A DNA stretch of 64,000 bases from positions 1-64,000 of the IMG/VR virus record IMGVR_UViG_3300044614_002073; one strand, 5' to 3'. Each line of letters begins with the position of its first letter. Position 1 is the stretch's first letter. This document shows, one piece after another, positions 9,435 to 19,017 of the stretch. Below the pieces are notes generated by a model, which did no database searches, was not told the DNA's origin, and worked only from the letters and a program-made list of their open reading frames with translations. The position numbers were made by a program, and so were the translations under genes. Source of the DNA: a virus (lineage: Duplodnaviria > Caudoviricetes).

Positions 9435-10897
9435 CAATGATTTTATCGGATCCAGCAGCGGAAAGAGCCGTCTTGGCTGGTGTTTGTGCCTATTCTGATA
9501 AGGCATATTACGAAGTCTCGGATATTTTATCTGAGACTTGTTTCACAATTGATAGCAATGTTATCATCTATAAGTGCTTAAAGCATTTATTTGACAAAGG
9601 ACACTCTACAAATATAGACATAGCATGTATAATGTCCGCTGCTCAAGAATTGGATTTGTCTCATATTCTTTCCAAAAAGGAAGAAGCGCAGCATTTAAAA
9701 GCTATTATTGACTTCCCAGTAAGTCTGGATAACATTAGAAAGTTTGCTGCTAAAGTTAAAAAGCTAGATGTAGCCAGACTATTGCATAAGCAGCTTAAGC
9801 TGGCTCAAGAGAGAATATTAGATATAAATGGATCAGAAAGTATAACGGCAATTTTGGGTATTGCCGAAGATACTGTCTTTGATTTTACCAATAAATTAAA
9901 CGATAGTGAAAGTGGTCCAGAAGCTATCGGTAATAATCTAGAAGAGTACATTCAATATCTAGAAGAACATAAAGTAGACCAAGTTGGCATATCTACAGGA
10001 TTTAACGTTTATGATCAGGCCATCGGTGGAGGATTAAGAAAAAGCACAGTTAATGTGATTGCCGCAAGACCAAAAGTAGGTAAAACTCTTTTATCAGACA
10101 ACATGGGATTTCATATTGCGAGCAAGGGTATACCAGTATTGAACATGGACACCGAAATGACAAAAGAAGATCATTTGCACAGAGTTTTGGCAATGATGAC
10201 CGAATTAGAAATTAATTCTATTGAAACTGGTGCGTTTAGTCAAAATACCGATAAAAAAGCAAAGATTACAGATGCAGTAGAACAACTTAAGAAAACTAAA
10301 TTGTACTACAAATCTATTGCCGGCAAGTCTTTTGAAGAACAATTAGCAATAATGCGTAGATGGGTTATTAGAGAAGTTGGGCTAAACCCAGATGGGTCGG
10401 CCAAAGATTGTGTCATATTTTATGATTATCTTAAACTCATGGATTCAGCAGGCATATCTCAGGACATGAAAGAATATCAAGTCTTAGGCTTCATGATGAC
10501 TTCTCTGCATAATTTTGCAACGAAATACAAGGTACCAATTGTTGCATTCGTTCAGTTAAATAGGGATGGAATTACCAAGGAAAGCACGGACACCGCATCT
10601 GGATCAGATAGAATTATTTGGCTATGCAGCAACTTTACAATCTTTAAGAGGAAAAGCGATGAGGAAATAGCTGAAGATGGTCCGAGCAATGGTAATCGTA
10701 AACTAGTTCCTCTTATTAGCCGACACGGCGGAGGATTAGACGATAATGACTATATCAATTGTCATATGAAAGGTTGGTGTGCCAAGATAACAGAAGGCAA
10801 AACAAGACTAGAACTAATTAATAAAATTGAGAAGAAATCTACAAACGGATTTATTATAGATGAAAACAATGACAATCAAGAAATCAGCTTCGTATAA
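9431..10897 (+). CDS. dnaB: DnaB-like replicative helicase
   Basis: AERAVL N-terminus, ISTGF...D...GG, AARPKVGKT, EM, DYL.LM, QLNR. Confidence 0.93.
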   Translation: MTMILSDPAAERAVLAGVCAYSDKAYYEVSDILSETCFTIDSNVIIYKCLKHLFDKGHSTNIDIACIMSAAQELDLSHILSKKEEAQHLKAIIDFPVSLDNIRKFAAKVKKLDVARLLHKQLKLAQERILDINGSESITAILGIAEDTVFDFTNKLNDSESGPEAIGNNLEEYIQYLEEHKVDQVGISTGFNVYDQAIGGGLRKSTVNVIAARPKVGKTLLSDNMGFHIASKGIPVLNMDTEMTKEDHLHRVLAMMTELEINSIETGAFSQNTDKKAKITDAVEQLKKTKLYYKSIAGKSFEEQLAIMRRWVIREVGLNPDGSAKDCVIFYDYLKLMDSAGISQDMKEYQVLGFMMTSLHNFATKYKVPIVAFVQLNRDGITKESTDTASGSDRIIWLCSNFTIFKRKSDEEIAEDGPSNGNRKLVPLISRHGGGLDDNDYINCHMKGWCAKITEGKTRLELINKIEKKSTNGFIIDENNDNQEISFV

Positions 10898-12017
10898 TCA
10901 AAACGAGCTAAAAGCTATTTGTGACCAACTGTGCGACAATATTGAGGTTTTACTTGACTCTTTGGGTGTTGAGTACAAACAAAATCACAAGATGATATCA
11001 ATGTCATGCCCTATCCATGGCGGGGATAATATTTCTGCTTTAAATCTATACCCTGACGGAGACAGATACAGGGGAAATTGGAAATGTCGAACTCATGGAT
11101 GTGAGAATACTTTTAAATCATCTGTTATAGGATTTATTAGAGGGGTATTGTCACACAATGAATTTGGATGGATGAAAGAAGGAGACTCTACCGTATCCTT
11201 CAATGATGCGCTGATCTTTGCTAGAAAAATTCTAAAAGATAACTTTAAAGATATAAAGATATCAAAAACAGCCATAGAAAAAAATAACTTTACGGCATTC
11301 GTATCTAATATATCTCCTAATAGTCAGGACGACATCCCAAAGATATCTCGTCAAAGCATTAGAAAAAGCCTAACGATTCCCGCTCAATATTTTATTGATA
11401 GAGGGTTTCATACCGATATCTTGAATAAATATGATGTTGGTCTATGTGATAAATCAGGAAAAGAAATGTTTGGAAGAGCCGTTGCTCCTATCTACGATAT
11501 AGATCATCAATATATGGTAGGTTGCACAGGACGTAGTATATTCAATAAGTGTGATAAATGTAGTAGTTATCATAATGACACAGAAGCGTGTCCGTCTGAA
11601 GAAAATAGATGGAAATACTCTAAGTGGAAGCATAATTTTGGCTTTAAAACACAAAACCATTTGTATAATCTATGGTATGCTAAAGACTATATTAAAGATA
11701 CCAAAACTATTATTGTTGTAGAGAGTCCTGGCAATGTTTGGAAACTGGAAGAATGTGGGTTCAGAAACAGCGTAGCCATCTTCGGATCTTCTATGTCTGA
11801 TACTCAAAAAATGCTTATTGATTCTAGTGGTGCCATGCAAATGATTCTTTTATTAGATAACGATGAGGCTGGACAAAAGGCCACATCCATTATATCCAAA
11901 AAATGCTCTAGAACATATAATATATATACTCCTGCATTTGTTACCACAGATATTGCTGATATGTCAACAGAGACTATCATAACAGAATTAACCAAATTAA
12001 CTGAAAGATTTATATGA
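10860..12017 (+). CDS. dnaG: DNA primase (CHC2 zinc finger plus Toprim)
   Basis: CPIH...WKCRTHGC, YF..RG, P.YD....VG..GR, Toprim VVES and DND. Confidence 0.85.
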   Translation: MKTMTIKKSASYNQNELKAICDQLCDNIEVLLDSLGVEYKQNHKMISMSCPIHGGDNISALNLYPDGDRYRGNWKCRTHGCENTFKSSVIGFIRGVLSHNEFGWMKEGDSTVSFNDALIFARKILKDNFKDIKISKTAIEKNNFTAFVSNISPNSQDDIPKISRQSIRKSLTIPAQYFIDRGFHTDILNKYDVGLCDKSGKEMFGRAVAPIYDIDHQYMVGCTGRSIFNKCDKCSSYHNDTEACPSEENRWKYSKWKHNFGFKTQNHLYNLWYAKDYIKDTKTIIVVESPGNVWKLEECGFRNSVAIFGSSMSDTQKMLIDSSGAMQMILLLDNDEAGQKATSIISKKCSRTYNIYTPAFVTTDIADMSTETIITELTKLTERFI

Positions 12018-12751
12018 CCAAGATTATAGGATTTTCTGGCAAAAAACAATCTGGAAAGAATACTTGTGCCAATTTTATTTATAGTTTATATTTGGTTAAT
12101 CAAAATCTATGTAAAAAGGCAAAAATTAATAATGTTGGTAGTATAGATATACTAAAACATAATGATGCAAATATCACAGTAGATATCAACGAATACCATG
12201 TCAAGCCCAACACGTCTGTTTTGGATCAAGAGGTTCTTGGTATGGTTGAACAGCTTAATAGCTATGTCAAATTATATAGCTTTGCAGACATCTTAAAGCA
12301 AGATATATGCATGAAATTGTTAGGATTAACCTATCAGCAGTGTTATGGATCGGATATTGAAAAAAATGAAATTACAAATGTGCATTGGGAGAATAAATTC
12401 TTAACCGCTAGAGAAGTCATGCAAGTGGTTGGTACTGATATTTTTAGATCAATGAGATCAAATATTTGGCCCGATACAACTATAGAAAAGATTCTTAATG
12501 ACAATACAGAATTAGCCATTATCACAGATTGTAGATTCCCTAATGAGGTTGATGCTATCAAACAGGCCGGTGGCTTGGTAATTAGGTTAACCAGAGATAA
12601 GCTTAATTCTTCTGATCATTTGAGCGAGATTGCATTGGATAAAAATAGATATGATTGGAGTAATTTTGACCACGTTGTAGATAATGACAATATGACAATC
12701 TATGATCAGTCTATGACGATACTAAATCTATTCCAACAAATTTTCGCATGA
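12014..12751 (+). CDS. Deoxynucleoside monophosphate kinase
   Basis: IIGFSGKKQSGKNT, SFAD.LK, RE.MQ..GT, ITDCRFPNE, H.SE. Confidence 0.88.
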   Translation: MTKIIGFSGKKQSGKNTCANFIYSLYLVNQNLCKKAKINNVGSIDILKHNDANITVDINEYHVKPNTSVLDQEVLGMVEQLNSYVKLYSFADILKQDICMKLLGLTYQQCYGSDIEKNEITNVHWENKFLTAREVMQVVGTDIFRSMRSNIWPDTTIEKILNDNTELAIITDCRFPNEVDAIKQAGGLVIRLTRDKLNSSDHLSEIALDKNRYDWSNFDHVVDNDNMTIYDQSMTILNLFQQIFA

Positions 12752-12759
12752 GGTGACAT

Positions 12760-13803
12760 ATTATCATTACTTATTTTCGTAGTTCGTCTTATAATGCGCA
12801 CTCTATGTGCGAACAGCAATACTTTTTAGAATATGTATTGGGGTGGAGAGGTCCGTCTGGACAAAAGGCAGATAAGGGGACTATAGTACATAAAGTGCTA
12901 GAGATATTAGCAGTTATTAAACAAGCACAACAGAATAAAAACGATACCATAACAGACGATCTACTTGGTAATATATCTACTAAAAAATATGATTTGGAAG
13001 AAATTATCAGACAAGTATACGATTATTACATTAATAAATGTCAACACCATAAGTGGTCAACTAAAGATTTTGACGACTGTAGAAAATGGGTATACAAGGC
13101 TATAGAATATAATAACGGAATGTTTGATCCTAGAAATAGGACTATACTCTGTCCAGAGCAGCATTTTGATATCGCTATTAATAAAAAGTGGGCTAAGTAC
13201 AATTACTTGATAGACGGTAAAAATATTGAAGGAACGCTGGGCCTCAAGGGCACTATTGATCTGATAACAAAAGTAGATGATAAAACACTAGAAATAGTAG
13301 ACTGGAAAACAGGACGCAGGCTAGATTGGGCTACTGGTCAAGAAAAGACTCAAGAAAAACTTGAAAATGATCCCCAGCTAAGAATATATCATTATGCTGC
13401 ACAACAATTATATCCTGAATATGATCATATCATTGTTACTATTTTCTTTATAAATGATGGTGGACCATTCAGTATTCTATTTGATAAATCAGATTTGGCA
13501 CAAACAGAAACAATGTTAAAAAATAAGTTTGAAACAATAAAAAATACTCGTAAGCCACTCTTGAAAAAAAGCTGGATGTGTAGTAAACTGTGTCACTTCG
13601 GCAAAACTACTTTTGAAAATACTCATATTCATCCGCTAGAAGAATATAGAGACAATCAAACATGCTCTAAAAATACAGTCATGACTAAATGCGAACAAGT
13701 AAAACACGACATAGAGCTTAAGGGCATGGACATAGTAGTGGAAGAATATTCAGCACCAGGACATTCTATAGGTCATTATAAAGCCCCAGGAAGTACAGAA
13801 TAA
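12760..13803 (+). CDS. PD-(D/E)XK exonuclease (RecB/AddB/Cas4-like)
   Basis: RSSSYN..SMC..QY, GT.VH..LE, E..F, G.IDL, IVDWKTG, QL..Y and C-terminal Cys cluster. Start placed at ATT 12760; first ATG is 12805. Confidence 0.85.
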   Translation: MIITYFRSSSYNAHSMCEQQYFLEYVLGWRGPSGQKADKGTIVHKVLEILAVIKQAQQNKNDTITDDLLGNISTKKYDLEEIIRQVYDYYINKCQHHKWSTKDFDDCRKWVYKAIEYNNGMFDPRNRTILCPEQHFDIAINKKWAKYNYLIDGKNIEGTLGLKGTIDLITKVDDKTLEIVDWKTGRRLDWATGQEKTQEKLENDPQLRIYHYAAQQLYPEYDHIIVTIFFINDGGPFSILFDKSDLAQTETMLKNKFETIKNTRKPLLKKSWMCSKLCHFGKTTFENTHIHPLEEYRDNQTCSKNTVMTKCEQVKHDIELKGMDIVVEEYSAPGHSIGHYKAPGSTE

Positions 13804-13804
13804 T

Positions 13805-15679
13805 ATGAAGAGTTATGTTCCCTTACACGTTCACAGTCACTATAGTCTGTTAGACGGTCTGTCTAAACCAGATCAAATAGCTCAAAGATGTTTGAACATA
13901 GGAGCAACATCATGTGCTCTTACTGATCATGGATCTATATCTGGTGCTGTTGCTTTTTATCAGTCAATGAAAAAGAGCAATATTAAGCCAATTTTAGGAT
14001 GCGAATTGTATATTTGTCAAGACTTATCAACGAATCAAAGCAAAGAAAATGGCTCTTTATCGCATATGCTGGTTTTGGCCAAAAACCAGACAGGATGGAA
14101 AAACCTCATCAGTTTAGTTTCTGCATCCAACGACCCCAGCCGCTTTTATCGCAAGCCCAGGACCAGCATTAATGAGCTTGAGGAGATGGATACGTCGGGC
14201 TTGATCTGTATTACTGGACACTTAGGATCAAACTTGGCCAATACGATTGATAATGGCTCAGATTTGAGTACAGCCTCAAACCTAATTGAACAGTTAAAGT
14301 CTATTTTTGGTAATCAAAATGTATTCCTAGAAGCCCAATTAATGGACAAAAACCACATACCATTTCAGATTACCTTAACAGATATTGTGCGTAATTTGGC
14401 TAAAAAACATAATCTAAAAGTTATAGCAACTCCTGATGCTCACTATGCTAATAAAGAGGATGCTATAGATCAAAGAGTCCTGTTATGCAACACACTAAAG
14501 ACTACATTTCCAGACATCAATAAGAAGCTACTCAATAATGAAGATGTAGCACTTGGCTGTTTTTTCAAGTCTGATAATTTTTATATCTTATCAGATGAAG
14601 AAATGAGACACCTACATACTGAAGAAGAATTATATAATACAAGACTAGTATCAGATATGTGCGAAGACTATAACATTCTTAATAGGCCACAACTGCCTCG
14701 CTTTATAGACAATGAAGACGAGTATCTGAGACAATTATGTAGAGAGGGCTGGAGAAAGAGAGGTTTTACAAAGATACCAGAATCCGAGCAACAAATTTAT
14801 ATAGATCGCATTAAACAAGAGCTTTCTGTATTACAGGGTGCTGGATTATCTGGATATTTTTTGATTGTACAAGACATCGTGAATTATATTAGAACAAATA
14901 ATTGGCTACCTGGTCCTGGACGTGGATCTGCTGCTGGGTGTTTGGTTTCTTATTTATTGGAAATCACTAATATTGATCCAATCAAATATGATTTACTATT
15001 TGAAAGATTCTACAATGCTGGTCGTAACAGCGCAGATAGAATTTCTATGCCAGATATTGATATTGATGTACCAATGACAGCTAGAGATAATGTAATCGGA
15101 TATATCAAAAATAAGTATGGCGCAAACAAGGTTTCTCAAATGATTACCTTTAATACGATGAAAGGTAGAGGAGCTTTAAAAGAAGTTCTAAGAGTTTATG
15201 GCGGTTTGACATACGAGGAAATGAATCAGATTACCAAGCATATACCTGATGAAGCTAAAATTGCAGATGATCTTCAAGAAATGAAAGACGATAGAGGAGA
15301 ATCATCCATTATACAATGGTCATTGGAAAATATGCCAGAGAAATTTAAAGAATGGTGCAAGATAGAGGAAGACGGATCAATAACAGGACTATTTGCAAAA
15401 AGATTTGAGCAGGCTATCCGTTTAGAGGGTACAAAATCAAACCAATCTAAACACGCGGCAGGCATCGCTATTTCGGCCCATAATTTGGACGGTATGTGTC
15501 CTATGGTGTATGATTCTAAGACAGGTAATAGCATTGCTGGTATGGAAATGCAAGATTTAGAATCTCTTGGAATTGTTAAATTTGATATATTAGGTATTGG
15601 TATGTTAGACAAAATTATGTGTATTCAATCTCTTTTAAAGGGTAAAAATTATGCCGGAATATCAAACAACATTTGCTAA
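13805..15679 (+). CDS. dnaE: DNA polymerase III alpha subunit, N-terminal part (PHP, palm, thumb)
   Basis: LHVHSHYSLLDG, TDHG, GRGSAAG, LLFERF, PDIDID, HAAG, KFDILG. Stops ~28 aa after the third catalytic Asp. Confidence 0.93.
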   Translation: MKSYVPLHVHSHYSLLDGLSKPDQIAQRCLNIGATSCALTDHGSISGAVAFYQSMKKSNIKPILGCELYICQDLSTNQSKENGSLSHMLVLAKNQTGWKNLISLVSASNDPSRFYRKPRTSINELEEMDTSGLICITGHLGSNLANTIDNGSDLSTASNLIEQLKSIFGNQNVFLEAQLMDKNHIPFQITLTDIVRNLAKKHNLKVIATPDAHYANKEDAIDQRVLLCNTLKTTFPDINKKLLNNEDVALGCFFKSDNFYILSDEEMRHLHTEEELYNTRLVSDMCEDYNILNRPQLPRFIDNEDEYLRQLCREGWRKRGFTKIPESEQQIYIDRIKQELSVLQGAGLSGYFLIVQDIVNYIRTNNWLPGPGRGSAAGCLVSYLLEITNIDPIKYDLLFERFYNAGRNSADRISMPDIDIDVPMTARDNVIGYIKNKYGANKVSQMITFNTMKGRGALKEVLRVYGGLTYEEMNQITKHIPDEAKIADDLQEMKDDRGESSIIQWSLENMPEKFKEWCKIEEDGSITGLFAKRFEQAIRLEGTKSNQSKHAAGIAISAHNLDGMCPMVYDSKTGNSIAGMEMQDLESLGIVKFDILGIGMLDKIMCIQSLLKGKNYAGISNNIC

Positions 15680-15833
15680 TATTGCAACGGACACCGTATT
15701 TGTTTATAATAATGTAGAGTATAGGAAGATGCCTGAGGTTAGGGTATCTTGCTGTCGTAAACTTAATGCTGTCGTAGTAAGTACTGGCGAACAAACCTTC
15801 ATCCAAGATAATGCTACTATTACAGTAAAATAA
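15651..15833 (+). CDS. Small hypothetical protein (60 aa, CC motif)
   Basis: ATG after AAGGG; resembles an internal segment of the next ORF. Confidence 0.65.
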   Translation: MPEYQTTFANIATDTVFVYNNVEYRKMPEVRVSCCRKLNAVVVSTGEQTFIQDNATITVK

Positions 15834-15859
15834 TTGCCTAATAGACATAGCAGGACATA

Positions 15860-18322
15860 ATGGGACATATACTAGAATTAGATAGTGGAAATCTATACTC
15901 AACCGGAGACAACCAATACGGACAGTTGGGCATAGGCAATACTGACGATACTCCACTAAGATTTAAAGTATTAACCGGTATAGAACAGTATGATAATATC
16001 CCATGGATAGATGCTAAGGTAGGCCAAAACCATTCTATAGCCATCAAACAGGATAAGAGCATATGGATGTGGGGCTCTAATATTGAAGGTCAAATGGGAC
16101 TACCTCAAGATATCAAATACTTGACCAGTCCAACCAAAAAAGATTTTCCTATTAATCCAGACAAAGATATAGATATTAATATAGGATTATATTTTACTAT
16201 TATATCCCAAACCAATGAAAAATCTTATGCTGTAGGAACATTTCAAAATTTAGGTTCGCAATTTGTATCTATTAATAGGGAAATAGTACCCCTATACTTG
16301 AGAGATCCACAAGGAGAATCTTTTATAAGTGTTGATGCTGGACCAAAAACTATTATCGCTAGAATTGGTAGCGGTAGTCAGGTTTTTTCCGATTGGTCGG
16401 GGGACTTAATAGAAAGAGATTTTATAACATTTGACCAACTATATGTTGGAGACTATTTTACTCTTTATGAACCATTTAATCGCGAGAGATTAATTTACAA
16501 AAAAGTTGATAAATATCAACAAGAAGCAGGATGCTGTACTTTTAATGCTATCTGTATGCATAGAAAATACAGAGAGCTTATTAGTCAAGTGGAAGCGGTT
16601 TATCCGGAAACCAAAGTTTTTGTTCTTAGTGATCTGTTATCAGAGGAAAACAGACCCAAAATAGTTTCAGCACAAGATCAATATAATGTAGATTTTGTTT
16701 TCTATTCAGCTTTAGCTGGTATAGACTATATGTCTGGTGCATATCCAAATAAGATTGATCCGTTCACTTTAAAAGGATTGTTTTTAGCTACTGGCACTAA
16801 AAACTTATTGGACGTCATATTGTTTGGAGGATTGCATTTTACAGATAATCCACAAGATCAGTACAATACCAAAACTATTGTTGAAAAAATTAACGCTAAA
16901 GAAGTTTTCCAAAAAGGTAGTTTTCCAGAATACTTCGAAGAAGTAGGTGGATATAAGATATTACCTGGAGATAGTTACACTTTACATCCAGAATTTGTTA
17001 ACGATTATTATCGAGCCCAGCCACTATATTATTTCAAAATTAATGGAAATAAAGAACCAAGAAAATATATTACTGCTAATAGATACAATTTACCATATAC
17101 TGGATTGTCTAAATCTTATTATGAATTAGAATCTGAGGATAATCTATTTGATTTATTTTTTAATCGCAGTAACGGTTTCTTTTATAATAAGGTTAATCCC
17201 CAAGATCCAACAGATCCAATTATAACGAGAGAAGCAGTTGATCTGCCAGCAGATGAAAACAATAGAGTAACCGTTGAGGATTTATTTTATACTCCTCCAT
17301 ACTTGTTAAAGTATGAATTATCACAAGGTAAAAGTAGTTTTTCTCAAAATTTTGTCGATCCATATGTAAGAGTCCAAGCTCAACAGCCAGAAGACCCCGT
17401 ATTGGATTGTGGAGCTTATACGGCTGGAGCACAAGCTATTCCTGGTGAGCAAACAGATTGGCTATATGCTTGCTATGCTAGGGCAGACAATAATACTGCT
17501 GCTGGAAGAAGATATATCACATACAATATCGGACCTTATGCCGATACGCTTATAAAATACTTTTTAGATCCAAAAACTGATCCAGAGTTAACAAAACAAT
17601 TATTTGGTTTTACAAAAATAGAATTAGAAGAACTGTATGATGCCATTAGAAATGGTAAGCCAGACACTAGCAATAACCCAGCAGATGCTCAAAAATATGA
17701 AAAAGTTACTGGTGATTCTTTTAGAATGCTAAGGGATGTATTCAATACACAATTTCAAGGGAAAATATACATCGATGCTAAAACTAATAAGCCAATTATT
17801 AGGACATCGGCAAATACTCTCTCTACTATGCCATATAGTGAAATGATTAACGGTCTCATTACATATACATCTAGAGGGCCAGTTTATTATCATCACTACA
17901 TTAAGATACCAAATAGAATTATTTGTTATACGTATTTTACTAAAACTTTAACCACGGACGGCGATAGGTCAGTCTATAGATATGAGTCTGACAGACAAAC
18001 ATTAATAGTGCCTATAGATGTAACAGGGAAAATTGTTCCCGGCACAACCACTATACGTTATTGGGTCAGAAATCCGACATCAACAGATACTGAAGATAAA
18101 CTGTCTCAGCAAGCTCTTTCTATTCGCATAGTATCTGTAACCTACGACAAAGAGCTGAATATAACAAAACTAAGGCTAGACAAACCCATGACAGCCCCTT
18201 ACCTTATAGGATGTACCAGAGTTCCTGATCCTAGATATGGTGTGGTTTGCGGACCAAGATTGTATATAGACATTGATTACAACGGTTATTCTTTTGACAT
18301 GATTGAAGCATTACAAAGCTAA
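15860..18322 (+). CDS. Large mosaic protein with N-terminal RCC1-like repeats
   Basis: LYSTGDNQYGQLGIG, GQNHSIAIKQDKSIWMWGSNIEGQMG. RBS AGGA. Confidence 0.7.
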   Translation: MGHILELDSGNLYSTGDNQYGQLGIGNTDDTPLRFKVLTGIEQYDNIPWIDAKVGQNHSIAIKQDKSIWMWGSNIEGQMGLPQDIKYLTSPTKKDFPINPDKDIDINIGLYFTIISQTNEKSYAVGTFQNLGSQFVSINREIVPLYLRDPQGESFISVDAGPKTIIARIGSGSQVFSDWSGDLIERDFITFDQLYVGDYFTLYEPFNRERLIYKKVDKYQQEAGCCTFNAICMHRKYRELISQVEAVYPETKVFVLSDLLSEENRPKIVSAQDQYNVDFVFYSALAGIDYMSGAYPNKIDPFTLKGLFLATGTKNLLDVILFGGLHFTDNPQDQYNTKTIVEKINAKEVFQKGSFPEYFEEVGGYKILPGDSYTLHPEFVNDYYRAQPLYYFKINGNKEPRKYITANRYNLPYTGLSKSYYELESEDNLFDLFFNRSNGFFYNKVNPQDPTDPIITREAVDLPADENNRVTVEDLFYTPPYLLKYELSQGKSSFSQNFVDPYVRVQAQQPEDPVLDCGAYTAGAQAIPGEQTDWLYACYARADNNTAAGRRYITYNIGPYADTLIKYFLDPKTDPELTKQLFGFTKIELEELYDAIRNGKPDTSNNPADAQKYEKVTGDSFRMLRDVFNTQFQGKIYIDAKTNKPIIRTSANTLSTMPYSEMINGLITYTSRGPVYYHHYIKIPNRIICYTYFTKTLTTDGDRSVYRYESDRQTLIVPIDVTGKIVPGTTTIRYWVRNPTSTDTEDKLSQQALSIRIVSVTYDKELNITKLRLDKPMTAPYLIGCTRVPDPRYGVVCGPRLYIDIDYNGYSFDMIEALQS

Positions 18323-18330
18323 GGATAAAA

Positions 18331-19017
18331 ATGAAAAATAAAATTTGTGTTTTTGATTTTGAGACTGATGGTATCGATACCGGCACCTGTAGTCCAGTAC
18401 AAATAGCAGCAGTAATAGTTGACCCATATAATTTATCCATTATGAAAGATTCAGAGTTTAATATTACAGTTAGGCCGGAAAAACTAGAAATAGATAAGGA
18501 CTACAAATATGATGACTCAGACATATTGGATTTTCATGCAAAAGTAAGGGGTTGTTCCAAAGAAGATATACTAAAATCTTGGCAGGAAGCAATGTCTCAA
18601 CAACAGGCATGGTCTATGTTTTCTCAATACTTGGAAATTTACCATCTAAACAGAAGCAAAAAAAGTATGTTTTCGGCTCCTGTAGCCGCTGGGTATAATA
18701 TACTCAGGTTTGATATGAAAATTGTAGAAAGATTTAGTCGTAAACTTGGATATGTTAATAATGAAAATACATCAAGTTTATTTTTCCCAAGAGATACTTT
18801 AGATATAATGAATTTATTATTCTACTGGTTTGAAAGTAATGACGATGTAAAAAATCTAACATTAGACAATATAAGAGACTATATGGGTATAGACAAGACC
18901 AACGCTCACGATGCTCTGAAAGATGTTAGAGATTGTGCAGAATTACTTATTCGATTTTTAAGACTGCATAGGAATTTATCCAAAAAAATTAAATTTAGGG
19001 ACTCATTTGTTTCATGA
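18331..19017 (+). CDS. DEDDh 3'-5' exonuclease (DnaQ/epsilon-like)
   Basis: VFDFETDG, QIAA, GYN...FD, AHDAL.DV. Confidence 0.9.
   Translation: MKNKICVFDFETDGIDTGTCSPVQIAAVIVDPYNLSIMKDSEFNITVRPEKLEIDKDYKYDDSDILDFHAKVRGCSKEDILKSWQEAMSQQQAWSMFSQYLEIYHLNRSKKSMFSAPVAAGYNILRFDMKIVERFSRKLGYVNNENTSSLFFPRDTLDIMNLLFYWFESNDDVKNLTLDNIRDYMGIDKTNAHDALKDVRDCAELLIRFLRLHRNLSKKIKFRDSFVS

Noticed and set aside
12760-13803. CRISPR-Cas system suggested by the Cas4-like nuclease
   Set aside because: No repeat-spacer array or other cas genes were seen. Stand-alone PD-(D/E)XK exonucleases are common in phage replication modules.
15680-19013. Intron or split intein explaining the dnaE interruption
   Set aside because: The gap is filled by three ORFs with their own starts, leaving no room for a ribozyme core, and neither half has intein terminal motifs. 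A formal covariance/HMM scan was not run.
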